A stretch of DNA of 64,000 nt, taken from Perna viridis. Taxonomy: Eukaryota. How positions within the stretch are numbered: the first letter of the stretch is position 1; the number at the start of each line of letters is the position of its first letter. The notes under the pieces were generated by a model. It was not told the DNA's origin, did not search any database, and was given only the letters and a program-made list of their open reading frames with translations. Shown here in pieces: positions 38,461 through 51,081 of the stretch. The position numbers and the translations under genes were made by a program. The stretch is from NCBI GenBank assembly GCA_037379345.1, contig CM074519.1, positions 38,404,103 through 38,468,102 on the forward strand. Reading direction: 5' to 3'.

Positions 38461-39645
38461 GACTTAATCGGGATGGTATGCCAACAATAACGAACAGCAA
38501 CGAATTGTATTACCGACCGCCGTGTATGCTTGTGAAACCTGGGATAATCTGACTTTTACCGAAATTCAGATGCTTGAACAAACGCAGCGTTACTTTGTTC
38601 GTTTTATTCTTGGCTTTGATAGACAGTCACCGACAGATTCGTGTATCTTCAATATTGGATTGTGGTCAATCGAGGGACTAATTGACAAGTTTAAATTACT
38701 TTTGTTTGGTAGATTTTGCAGAGTCAAACACAATACAACACATCAACAATTATTCTGTATCTGTTTAGGCCAGATTTTTACTGGAGATTGTAATGAAAAC
38801 TCATTGACATATGATATGATAAACATTTTTATTAAATACGATGTTATGTTTCCTGGAGTGTTTTCATGAGGATACTTTTATTCCCGACAAACGACTTTGG
38901 TAAAAAAAAAAAAATCATTAAACAGACAATAGACATTCAGGAAGAAACTCGATGGAAATCATCCATACAAAATTGTCCGGGACTTGATAGGTTTTACCGC
39001 ACTCACAACACGTTAACCGAGCATAGAATACTTCGTCTAACATCGGTGAATCCAGAACTAAATCAGCAACTGCTGGTCATGGACAAAATAGGATCTCTAG
39101 CTATTAAAGAGGGAATATGTACCATGTGTAATCGTTACCAACATGACATAGTGAAACATTTAATTCGAAACTGTGAACAACTTATTGATGAGAGAAACAC
39201 TATGTTCTATTATCTTATTGACATATTGCCAGTTTAGCAAACCGTAACGTTCTTCCTTCAGGACGAGGACGATATACTTGTATCCCTACTCGGTGGAATT
39301 ACTGACTTCATAGATACTCTAGAATCCAATGAGTGGAAACACCTGATGTACTCTTTGGCAGATCACGTTTATAAAATGTACCTCAAATTCAAACCTGTTT
39401 TAAGCAACCATAGATTCAATTTTGCTCACTGAAATGTCATATATATTTTTGTACTTGATTTTTTTTCTTTTTTTATAATATATGATTTAATTTGATGTAA
39501 ATTGTTGTTTTTTGGTTTTTTTTGTGTATATTGTTTACTAATTGTGTCCCTTTTGTATGTAAATTAGTGTTGTGCATATAAAAAATGTAACTCATCATTA
39601 TTGGTGGAAATAAAGAAAATCAATCAATCAATCAATCAATCAATC
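38461..39645 (+). mobile_element. 5'-truncated non-LTR retrotransposon (LINE) ORF2 3' end with (AATC)7 tail
   Basis: RIVLPTAVYACETW...MLEQTQRYFVRFILG...IDKFKLLLFGRF (post-RT region), zinc-knuckle CTMC...HLIRNC, LLGG, terminal stop 39430-39432; frameshifts and an internal stop at 39235-39237; AATAAA 39609-39614; (AATC)7 39618-39645. Clade not assignable by eye. Confidence 0.85.
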
Positions 39646-39825
39646 ATGCTTAAAAGTTGACGACGAATCAAATAACATATTGTTAAGGTAACATGGCTTT
39701 ATGTTTAAATATGTACATGACTATGAACATGAAAGGATAATTACAAATTATTATACAAAAATATATGCCATCTTGTGTGTTTATGCAAGTTATTGATTTT
39801 TAATGATGTCAGTTGATTTTTTTAA

Positions 39826-40017
39826 CCGGCGCACCTGGTACATGCTTCTAGTTTTTACTGGAGTCCGAGTGGCTCATTTACTTTTGTTACTTTGTATGTA
39901 TTATTTTAGTTACTTTATGTTCTATGTTTTGTTTGTCTGTTTTCCATGTCCGGTCTTTGTCCCTAGATTACGTTCTTTTGATTTCCGCTAGAATCTTGGT
40001 TCCCTTGACTATCCTTT
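39826..40017 (+). mobile_element. PLE-associated 3' tail repeat, copy D
   Basis: CCGGCGCACCTGG...GGAGTCCGAGTGGCTCATTTACTTTTG...AATCTTGGTTCCCTTGA. Confidence 0.85.
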
Positions 40018-40810
40018 AACAGAAAATACGCGAACAAAATATATCCTAGGAATATCAATAACTGATGACCACGTGGGTTTTGTCCAGAAGGAAAATATGA
40101 GGAATGAATTTTGACTTTCGTGGTATTTGGAAAAGAGGCACTTAATTATTTTCAACATCTATCAGTGTAGCATTTTCAGTCCTACCTAGACATTATACAG
40201 CCTTCCCCGAAGACATATAATAAACGACCAAATACGGAAAAAATGTGTTATTAAGATAGAAATTACTCTTAATAATGAAGTGACGATGTGGTGTAAATAT
40301 CAACGAGAGAACCACCCATGTAGGCTTTCATAGAGACACGAATGACGACTTAACAGTAGCACAACGCATGGTCCCATTGGCATTTAACACTTTTTAATTT
40401 TTTTTTTGTGTTATCCTGTTATAATGTTAACTATTTTGTCCCATTTGATAGGACTTTTTTGTTGTTACATGTGTCTAGGACGAGCGTGATATCTGTCCTA
40501 GTTTCTGAAAATATCAGACTAGAATTTACAGGAATTTAAAAAAAAAAGAATAAATAAAATGTCAAAAAAACTATCTTCATTAAAAGCAAAGGAAGTATTA
40601 ATTATAAATGCATAACTTGTTAATTAAAAAAAAATGCAAATGTGATACACTAAAAATATTTAGTGTGCACTATTCTTGATTGCGCATTTTCGAACAAGAT
40701 TTTGCTTCTTCAAGATAAAAATAAGAACTCGAAAATGGCGTTTGCTGTTATGTTAGTAGCGATAAGAACCAAAGTTTCCCTTCCCTCCTAATCTACACCG
40801 GAAGTGATAT

Positions 40811-40986
40811 TTTATTTGCAACTCGGCGGGTGTTTATAGAAAATCGGAGGACGCCTAACCTACCAATGCACCTGGTCCATGCTTCCAGTTTTTAGTAGAA
40901 TCCGAGTAGCTCATTTACTTTTGTTGCTTTGTATGTATTATTTTGGGTTTTTTGTTCTTTGTTGTGTTTGTTTGTTTTCAGGTCTT
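40811..40986 (+). mobile_element. PLE-associated 3' tail repeat, copy E (3'-truncated)
   Basis: GCAACTCGGCGGGTGTTTATAGAAAATCGGAGGACGCC...GCACCTGGTCCATGC...TCCGAGTAGCTCATTTACTTTTG. Confidence 0.8.
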
Positions 40987-41129
40987 AAAACGATTGATTA
41001 TTAGAATCAATAATAATGTTAATATATCAGTGCTAATTAAATGCTATTTAATCACCACTGGTATAGCCATGCCGCAATGGAGGGAGGTTTAGTGCGCTGT
41101 AAAACCTAGACTTAACCCACTATTTCGTT

Positions 41130-41375
41130 GTTCGTGATAACGACCATAAAACTTCTGTAGTGATGACTTTATTCTTGTAGCGACATAACCCTGTTCAAGA
41201 AACCTAATTGTAAGAAGTCTAGCACGGTACGAAAAGTCTTCCTAGTTACGGTAGGGTTAGGATAACGTATGCGTTGTGATATGAAAACTCCATACGCAGG
41301 TTTTGAGATGTTGCCACAGAAAGGAAAGTTTTCAATACGGAATGAAAAGTCATCGAGTTTGTCGTATAGTGAAAA
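41130..41375 (-). mobile_element. Penelope-like RT fragment (frameshifted)
   Basis: LYDKLDDFSFRIENFPFCGNISKPAYGVFISQRIRY then, after a frameshift, RARLLTIRFLEQGYVATRIKSSLQKFYGRYHE; homologous to the fragment at 650-890. Confidence 0.8.
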
Positions 41376-41659
41376 CATGAAAGTAATCATTTACTTATAA
41401 TTTAATAGCAGTACAGTCAAGACATGTGGATAAAACCTAGTAATCTCTTATCTATGACTTAGTAATGAGTTGATATTTTTTCTAAATAAACATTAGCAAT
41501 CTATGATTTGTTATTTAATCTAATAATTAATCATATGTTTTTTTAAATCTGAAATCTAATTAATAATCATTTGATAATAATACCCAGTAAACTTTGATTT
41601 GTTAACGAAACATGGTAACCAATAAATAGTGATTTTAATATATTACTCTATTATATTAC

Positions 41660-43170
41660 TCTGACTTTATCAATTCAGCTTGTAATCAGTGACTGGATTA
41701 TTTCAACCTGTCCTCAATGACTTGATCGATTCAGAGCTTAATCATTTCAGCTTGTAATCAATGACTAGTTAATTTAAGTTACTATTCTATGGCTTGATCA
41801 ATTCAGCGTGAAATCAATGACTTAGTCAATTCGACTTGTAATCAATGACTTGATCGATTCAGCTTGCAATCCAAGAATTGATCAATGCAGCTTGTAATCA
41901 ATGAATAGTTAATATTATTTACTACAATATGACTATGATCAATTCAGCGTGTAATCAATGACTTAGTTCAGCTTGTACCAAATGACTTGATCATATCAGC
42001 TTGTAATCAATGACGAATAATTCAGCTTGTAATCTATGACTTGGTAAATTTAGCTTGTAATAATGAGTAGATCAATTCAATTTGTAATCAAAGACTTGGT
42101 CAATTCAGTACTTCATCATTTCAGCTTGCAATCAATGAATAGTTGATATAAGTTATTACTCTATGACTTGATAAATTCAGCGTGTAATCAATGACTTGGT
42201 CAATTCAGCTTAAAACAAATGACTCGATCAATTCAGCTTGTAATCAGTGACTTGAATAATTCAGCTTGTAATCTATGACTTGGTCAATTTAGCTTGTAAT
42301 CAATTATCAGATCGATTCAGCTTGTAATCTATAAATTAATCAATTTAGCTTGTAATCAGTAAAGAGTAAATTTAAGTTACTATTCTTTGCCTTGATCAAT
42401 TCAGCGTGTAATCAATGTTTTGATCAATTAATTTGTAATCAATAGATTGATCAATTCAGCTTGTAACAAATGACTTGATCAGTTCAGCTTGTAATCCAAG
42501 AATTGATCAATGCAGCTTGTAATCAATGAATAGTTAATATTAGTTACTACAATATGACTATGATCAATTCAGCGTGTAATCAATGACTTAGTTCAGCTTG
42601 TACCAAATGACTTGATCATATCAGCTTGTAATCAATGACGAATAATTCAGCTTGTAATCTATGACTTGGTAAATTTAGCTTGTAATAATGAGTAGATCAA
42701 TTCAATTTGTAATCAAAGACTTGGTCAATTCAGTACTTCATCATTTCAGCTTGCAATCAATGAATAGTTGATATAAGTTATTACTCTATGACTTGATAAA
42801 TTCAGCGTGTAATCAATGACTTGGTCAATTCAGCTTAAAACAAAAGACTCGATCAATTCAGCTTGTAATCAGTGACTTGAATAATTCAGCTTGTAATCTA
42901 TGACTTGGTCAATTTAGCTTGTAATCAATTATCAGATCGATTCAGCTTGTAATCTATAAATTAATCAATTTAGCTTGTAATCAGTAAAGAGTAAATTTAA
43001 GTTACTATTCTTTGCCTTGATCAATTCAGCGTGTAATCAATGTTTTGATCAATTAATTTGTAATCAATAGATTGATCAATTCAGCTTGTAACAAATGACT
43101 TGATCAGTTCAGCTTGTAATCCATGTCTTGATTAATTTAGTTAAAACCAAGTAACCCATGACTTGATTAT
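41660..43170. repeat. 28-bp satellite domain 1 (TGACTTGATCAATTCAGCTTGTAATCAA) with a 625-bp higher-order duplication
   Basis: About 50 units; blocks 41871-42495 and 42496-43120 nearly identical. Confidence 0.95.
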
Positions 43171-43457
43171 TTACTAAGCAATCTTTGGTTTTATTTTCTT
43201 ATTAAAGATTTGTTTTTTAACCTAGAAATTAAAGACATGTTACTAAAACCTAAAAATCAACGAATTGATCATACACATAGTAATCAATGGTGTGCTTATA
43301 AAACGTAGTAGTCAATGAAATCTTGTAATTATTTTCACCAAGTAATTTATGACTTGGCCATATCCCCTTGTAATCATTGATTTATTGATAAAGCAGAATA
43401 AATTATGACTTGATTAATAATGTTAATAAAACCTAGTAACCAATATTTGTTTGTTAA

Positions 43458-43662
43458 AGAGGACACTTACCCTACCAGTGCATCTGGTCCATGCTTTCAG
43501 TTTTAATGCAGTCCTAGTTGCTCATTTACTTCTGTTACTTTGTATGTATTGTTTTGGTTATTTTGTATATGCTCTTTGTTGTGTGTCTGTTTTCCATGTC
43601 TGGTCTTTGTCCCTGGATTGCATTCTTTTGATTTCCGTCTTAGTTCTTTGTATTACTCTTTG
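43458..43662 (+). mobile_element. PLE-associated 3' tail repeat, copy F (inserted in the satellite)
   Basis: AGAGGACACTTACCCTACCAGTGCATCTGGTCCATGC...ATTACTCTTT. Confidence 0.85.
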
Positions 43663-43754
43663 TATCATCACAGTCTAATGATAAATGAATAAATTTTCCT
43701 ACAATTTCATTGTATGACCTAAGTATCTATATCTTATTAAAATACCAAAATAGC

Positions 43755-43870
43755 CGATGAGTTATTAACTCCTATTTCCCAACGATGTTAGAACTGTCAA
43801 ATTTGCGAAGCAAATTTTTTGTTGATCCATCCGCGGGAATTGAATTCGTAACGCTGTGATATTTATGGCA
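43755..43870 (-). mobile_element. tRNA-derived SINE fragment
   Basis: Minus strand has a B-box-like GAATTCAATTCCC followed by ACAAAAAATTTGC-TTC-GCAAATTT hairpin and TTCTAACATCGTTGGG; interrupts the satellite. Confidence 0.45.
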
Positions 43871-44379
43871 TATATAAATGGCGCATGAATATTATCTTTT
43901 GGTTAAATAATATGATTAAGAAGAAAGTGACTAGATAATATAACCTGGTAATCTTTTTAAATACAACATAGTAATCCATGCTTTGTTGGCATAGCATTCC
44001 AATCAATTATTCGTTAATATGAAATTTATGACTTATTCATATAAAGTAATTGTCTATTACTTGAACACATAACCTAGGAATCAATGAATTTTATATAACA
44101 TAGTTATTTATGACTTATTGAAACAATCAGGTCTCCAATGCTTTGTTGGAATGACTGGTTGATATCATTAAGTAATTTACACTGCAAAAAGTGCCATGCA
44201 TGAGAATCAAAAGGTCCGAATCAGATGTGATTATCACACGATTCAATTTACACATGAATATTGCATGATTATCATATAGTTTTAAGTAACATATTATTAT
44301 CGTATGACATTGAATTAGCACATGAGAGCAATATGTGATTATCATATGTGGTCTTTTTGGTTGTGTATGACTTGCTAAT

Positions 44380-45800
44380 GTTATCCAGTAATATAGGATA
44401 TGTTAATGTAACATGATAACCTATGAAATGCCGATGTAATATTGTTAAACATGGTATCTTGATGAAACGTTGTTACCAATGGAATGTTGATTTAATATTG
44501 TCATCCATGACATGTTGATGTAACATTGTAACCAATGATATTTTTATATAACTTTGTAACATATATAATATGTTAATGTAACGTTGTAACCAATGACTTG
44601 TTGATGTAACGTTGTAACCAATGACTTTTTGATGTAACGTTGTAACCAATGACTTTTTGATGTAACGTTGTAACCTACAAGTTGTTGATGTAACGTTGTA
44701 ATCTACAAGTTGTTGATGTAACGTTGTAACCAATGACTTGTTGATGTACCTTTGTAACATGTATGACATGTTGAACGTTGAACCCTATGAAATATTGTTG
44801 AAACATGGTAACACATGACATGCTTAACGTTGTAACCTGTGAAATGTTGATGAAACATTGTAACCCATGATATGTTGATTTAACATTGTAACCAATAATT
44901 TGACATGTTTAACCTCTGACTTTTTTATGTAACTTTGTAACCTTCATGGCGTGTAGATGTAACGTTGTAACTAATGACTTGTCGATGTAACATTGCCACC
45001 TATGAAATGTTGATTTAACGTTGTAAGCAATGGCATGTTGATGCAATGTTGTAATCAATGAATGATGGTAGATATAACGTTGTCACACATGAAATGTTGG
45101 TGAAACGATGTAACCTATGTAACTATATAACCTGTGACTTGTTGACGTAATGTTGTAATCTATGACATTTTGATGATACTATTTAATCTATAATATGTTG
45201 ATATGACTATATAACCTGTGACTTGTTGACGTAATGTTGTAATCTATGACATTTTGATGATACTATTTAATCTATAATATGTTGATATGACTATATAACC
45301 TGTGACTTGTTGACGTAATGTTGTAATCTATGACACTTTGATGATACTATTTAACCTATAATATGCTGATGTAACTTTATAACCAATGGCTTGTTGATGT
45401 ATCTTTATAACCTACGATTTGTTGATGTAACTTTATAACCTATGACTTGTTGATGTAACTTTATAACCTACAACTTGTTGATTTAACTTTATAACCTACG
45501 ACTTGTTGATGTAACTTTATAACCAATGACTTGTTGATGTATCTTTATAACCTACGACTTGTTGATGTAACGTAATAACCTATGACTTTTTGATGTAACT
45601 TTATAACTACGACTTGTTGATGTATAGTTATAACTACGACTTGATGATGTATAGTTATAACTACGACTTGTTGATGTAACTTAGTAACTTATGACTTGTT
45701 GATATATAGATGTAACTTATGACTTTTTGGTGTAGTAATTATTGTTATCTATAACATGTCGTCGAAGTAATATTGTAATTATATACTTGTTAATCGGATA
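44380..45800. repeat. 28-bp satellite domain 2 (TGACTTGTTGATGTAACGTTGTAACCAA) with an 84-bp higher-order repeat
   Basis: About 50 units; ACTATATAACC recurs at 45122, 45206, 45290 (84 = 3x28). Confidence 0.95.
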
Positions 45801-46415
45801 ATTGTATCTATAGTTTAGTCATACCTGACTTAATTATTACTTTAATTAATTAATTTTTAGCTATAATATTTCATTTATGACATTTTGCTTTTCATTTTAT
45901 GTTCTTGGTTTTGTTTTTGTTGTTTGCTTTGCTTTTAATTTTCTTAAAAGAAGTCCATTGCCTTCGTTATTTTAAGTCTGGATCAATGTTGTGTTTGTTT
46001 TTTTTCCTTTGCTTGTTTGGGTGATGTGAAATGTAAGGTAGAATTTGGCAAATATAATGTTTTAGAATTGCTAGAAACACCACTTTAACCCACTTGTGTC
46101 ATTCTGTGATAACTTTTCTAGTGTCCATGTTACTGATACTTATAAATCATATGTTGTTGTATTTTCGAGTTTCAATTTGTCAATAGAAAATTGTTGTTCT
46201 AAGCGTCTAGACATGTCGAGTATTTTATGAACTTTGAGTCTGAAAATACTTCAGAAAACAGAACTGCGCAATAATATCAAATACGAATTTTTAATTTGCT
46301 CTTTTTCCACAGTGTTGGTACCTATTTTTATCTGTATCCGTTTAAACGTCTTGACTTAGAACCGAATCCACTAATACATTTCTCTTATAATGTAATATAC
46401 ATTTAAAGTTTTAAA

Positions 46416-46572
46416 AGTCCGAGTTGTTCATTTGCTTTTGTTACTTTGTATGTATGATTTTGGTTACTTCATGTTCTTTGTTGTATGTGTCTGTTTTCCA
46501 TGTCTGGTCTTTGTCCCTGGATTACATTCTTTTGATTACCGCTATAACCTTGGTTCCCTTGATAAACTTTTC
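46416..46572 (+). mobile_element. PLE-associated 3' tail repeat, copy G (5'-truncated)
   Basis: AGTCCGAGTTGTTCATTTGCTTTTG...GATTACCGCTATAACCTTGGTTCCCTTGAT; very similar to copy H. Confidence 0.85.
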
Positions 46573-47907
46573 AATTGTTCTTTACATAAAACGTGTCCAT
46601 TGTTTTATACCTAGTATTATTTTCTCTACAGCGTCTATAACCAAAGTCAAAGCAGGCATTCATGTAAGTACTGAATGCTCTGTACAATAAATGTAACTTC
46701 CTTGAAGGGCCATTAATTAAAGATGCTTTTAACCTTCTGAAAAGAACAACTCAAAATATACGACGAAATTACTATTGTTATTAGCCGCTGTCGTTAAAAA
46801 GTTAAAATTGCAGAGGGTAGTGCAAAAGCAATTTAGAACTGAGTAGATACTTCAAAGAATAATTGGCTACAAGTGTTACAACTCTCTTGTCGCTCGACAC
46901 TTCATTCAAAACTCTTCATAATACTTGTGAATTATGAGGCCTTCAAAAAGGGGCACTCAATTGACATCATTAAATTTCTTATTGATTCACCATTCCGAAC
47001 GTTAAATTAGTGTTTTCTTTGTCTTGATCGATATTTCAGTCTGCTCTTTATTGTTCTTGTCTGAAATTGTTTTTCACTACTGAGGGCGAAGTCTCGAGGC
47101 CAAAATTACTGTAGTGATCCTAAGGGAGGACATGGTTGGTGGCTATGCATCTTATCTGACACTCAAGAGGGTGTGCTATATATCTATTGACTTAAATGAC
47201 ATATACTTTGCAAAATTATCATGCCTTGTTTTCTATAGACGCCTAATCAAATTAAAATGAAGACAAAATTTCATTATTGCATAACTGAATTTACCAATAT
47301 TTCCGGAAGTACAAAAGAAAAAATTTAATCAAAAACAAGGAAGCATGTCTCCGTAGAAACCGACAACTTATCTGCAATTAAAGTCTAGCACTTGGGGAAA
47401 TTTTAAAGGTTTATTAGACAAAGTATGCGTTGTTAATGTTATAATTGTAGTGCAACATCCGTGGCGATGCTCTATGAACTAAATAATAACCTTTGCAATA
47501 GTTTGGGTTTTTCATTAACACCGTTAATTCAAAGATTGCTTGTAGATACAATTGTGTTTATACCTGAAAGTTAATTATTAATAATTTGCTGTTTTCTTTT
47601 TCGTGCAGTAAGTTTTTAAAAAGCCACAGTCGTTCTACATATAATTCAAACTATTTCGTATATAAAGTTTATATAAAACTACCATTTCAAAACTATTGAA
47701 TTTGAACTTCCAAGGACTACGTAAACTAAGACCAACTAAAAGTGACCGGTACATGTATATTGTATATCAAAACAGAAAATTATTGCAACAAACATGCATT
47801 ACATGTAATGCTTGTAAGATATACGCAATTTGGCATTTGTTTATATATATATGACGATTGTTCACTACACTGCTCCATCGGATCAAATTAATACAGGGAG
47901 GACGACA

Positions 47908-47950
47908 TAGCCTTGCTGGCCGATTGGTCTAGGGCGTCGTTTCGATTTTA
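47908..47950 (+). mobile_element. tRNA-like SINE head fragment
   Basis: GCCTTGCTGGCCGATTGGTCTAGGGCGTCG resembles a tRNA D-arm/A-box; no intact T-arm or acceptor stem. Confidence 0.35.
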
Positions 47951-50900
47951 CATCTTCCGTGTATTGCTAATTAAAATAAGGACACAAGCAATGTTATTCA
48001 ATATATGTGGAACTAAGTAGTTGTTGGATGAAAAATGTTATACAATACTCCGCTAAAATTTCCTCGATGGATCGTCTTTGCTTGGTTATGTTCTACAGGG
48101 TTAAATATTTTTTATTTATCTTCCATCCTACAGGTTCATCAATTTCATTCATGGTTTTCTTTGATTAGGTCCTTATTAGTATGGAAGTGTTTGTAAATTC
48201 AGAACGACGTTAGAATAATCGTACAGTAAGCGGTTGAATTTTGAAGCTAATACTAACTATTTCGGATTTATCGTCGAGTTTTGTAATAACCAAGGTGATA
48301 ATAATTGGAATTCCCCCTTTAACTGAATAAAAGTAAGTTAGATTCTGAAATGTGTTTGCTGGCAATATATGCCGAAGTAATATATTGCAAAATTATCAAA
48401 AGTTACATCATTAAAAAACAAAAACAAAAACATAAAAAACATAAAAAAACAAACACACACAAAAAAAACCCCACAAAAACACAAAATAATGATAGATACA
48501 TCGTAATACTATTAAAGGAAAAAAAAAACTTAATACCTAAAACAAAACTGAAAAAAAATATATTAAAAGATTAAAGCAAAGACGGAAAAATGTAAACAGA
48601 TTTTGCAACATTAGCAAGTACAAACTAAGTCTTGTTTCAAATGACTTTTTATTGTGCGCATATCTTGTCCTACAATATGCTAATTTTATCAGAACCCCAA
48701 AACATCTCAAACAACTATTTTTTTTAAAAGAATATTGTTTTTGTTTTTATTCCAAACTTCATACAATAATAACATCACTCCTGACTATTGGGTCAAATCA
48801 AACACTTATGGGCAGGTGAAGAATTATTTTAATTTTTAATGTACATAATAATGTTCATGAAATTTTCTGTTTCTGTATAGTTATCAAATTCCAATTTCTT
48901 CCGCAGCCCTATAACCGCTTTCTGAATCACTATGTATCCCTCAGAGAGGTTCTGCTTTACAGGATGTGAAAAACAATCACATGGCAGGCTGATTCCGTTT
49001 GACAACACAAATTTGCATAAAGGGCAATGAGTGCTGCTTTAAAATAGCGAATACCCCCTCTGCGAAGGAGATTGCATATTAGTAAGTTTGTCTTTTTACA
49101 CTGTACATAGGGTCTGGTTATGTTTCAGAACTATCTTATGAAATTTGTCATTACGTAAATCGAAACTATCTTAGTTAAGACGTTGTTAAAACAGTCACTT
49201 TTAAAAATATTTTCAGAATAAGTATACTTTTACTGGAACGAAATTTTAAAACATAACCGTGAAATTGTAATGTTTAGAATAACTTGTTATTTCACAAAGA
49301 AACAAATTAATAACTTTGCTTTTGTATTTTACTTAAAAAAAAATAAGGAAAAAAAAACAAAAATAACAATCATACAAAAAGAAATGTAAATATCTGCCTG
49401 CATGAAGTTTTTTTCATGTGTAACACAAGAAATGACATTCAGTATTTATTAACGATTTCCCGATTATAAAGGTTTTAAAGTACAACTTTTGTATCACAAA
49501 CATTACGTATAATACCTAATTTAAATGGCTTTGTCGCACATTTCACTTCTCTACTCTATAATAAATATATCGGGTCGCTCACTAATAGTAGCGAGCACAG
49601 CTCAAGCAGCGGTTTTGACGTAGTGAGAGCGGGGTGCATGACGATGATGTGAATAAATCAAAGTGCTGAGGCACTGAGTCAAGGAAAACCTCATAAATAT
49701 TCATGTAACCAAATTGCAAGCTAAAAACAATAAAAAACGTAGTCATTTGAAAGAGAACCATCTGTTTTAATGAAATGCATATCAATACTTTGAAATTTCG
49801 GGTTGGAGATGCATGAAGTAGAAATGAATCCTGTAGACTAGGGGAGATAGGTTGACCAAGGACCTAATCTAAAGGGAGAAATGAGCAAAAAACTTCTCCT
49901 TGTTTGTGCTCTCTTTGACAGTGATTTGTAATAAATTAAATGAATAAATATGTCAATATTTTTGTTTTCAAACAGAATTTACTAAAGCTTGTCCTTGTCA
50001 TTGTTGTGTAGATTAGGCCCTGAGTTGAAAATGTCAAAACTATACACTTTTTTTACAATAAATAATTACCTTTTTCTAGGAATTTTTCAATTCAAACAAG
50101 GATACAAACTCATGTTATTAAAGCTACTATGCAGTTTTAAAATCTTTAAACTAAAAAAAAACTTTGGTTGTACCTCATATATTTTAGCAATTTAAGATTC
50201 CAATCAAGATGGAAAGTCAAGGATAAAGAGATGTAGTGAATACAGGAAATATTTTATCTTTCTGTATAACAAATGCACTTGGAATATATATCCATCTTTT
50301 CTACTTTCCAAAACAAAAAAGTTTACTAGTGAACCCATACCCCATGAGTACCACTTTTTACGATGAATCATAATTGTGCTTAAGCAGAGTGTTTTATACC
50401 TGTCTGCCTTCTATAATGTATGTGCATTCTTTCATTTTTTTTCTGCATGATTGTTTCACCGATATGTATTATATCAAAATACAAGTAACTCTTATGTTTT
50501 GCCAACAAGTAAGTGCTATGAAATCAGACTTCATATTCGTAGTTTTTATTAAGAGATGTTGACATGTACCAGCATTTGAGAATCATGAACTTTGTTTCAT
50601 GCCTAAATTGTGTCCCAGCACAAAAATAGTTCATTTTGCTTTTGCTTCCTTCTCACTACATCTAGTGAAACTTTAAAAGGGATTACCACTGAAAAGAAAT
50701 CAAGGAAAAGATGATAACAGTACCTTTGCAAAATGTTACAATATGTAAATGCATGAAAATATACATGTATTTTAGCCACATCATTGGAAGTACAGAAACC
50801 TCCTCTTGATGAGAAATATTCTTAATTCTTACATGTACATATAATTGCGTGCAAAATCAGGCAAAAATAGAGGTTGGGTGGTTAAAATAAAAATGTAATC

Positions 50901-51081
50901 AAATCGTTTTTAACGTATTTAGGAAATTTTTCAGCAGTAATGCCATAGGCTAGGACTCTTTATGCTCTAAAAGTTTGTTTGGCTACATATAAATACCTAA
51001 TTTTTACTAGATATCCGTCTTTTTGATAGAACAACTACTGAATGTGATAAATATGCCACATGGCTTCATTTCATCCCAGTC

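Noticed and set aside
44473-44769. 98-aa repetitive ORF on the minus strand
   Set aside because: Translation of the 28-bp satellite; 28 is not a multiple of 3 and the frame cycles.
41660-45800. 28-bp repeats resembling a CRISPR array
   Set aside because: Units are head-to-tail with no unique spacers, there are no cas genes, and the context is an intron-containing animal locus.
47908-47960. tRNA gene (also the tRNA-like patch at ~8525-8555)
   Set aside because: Only an A-box/D-arm-like piece; no cloverleaf or intact B-box.
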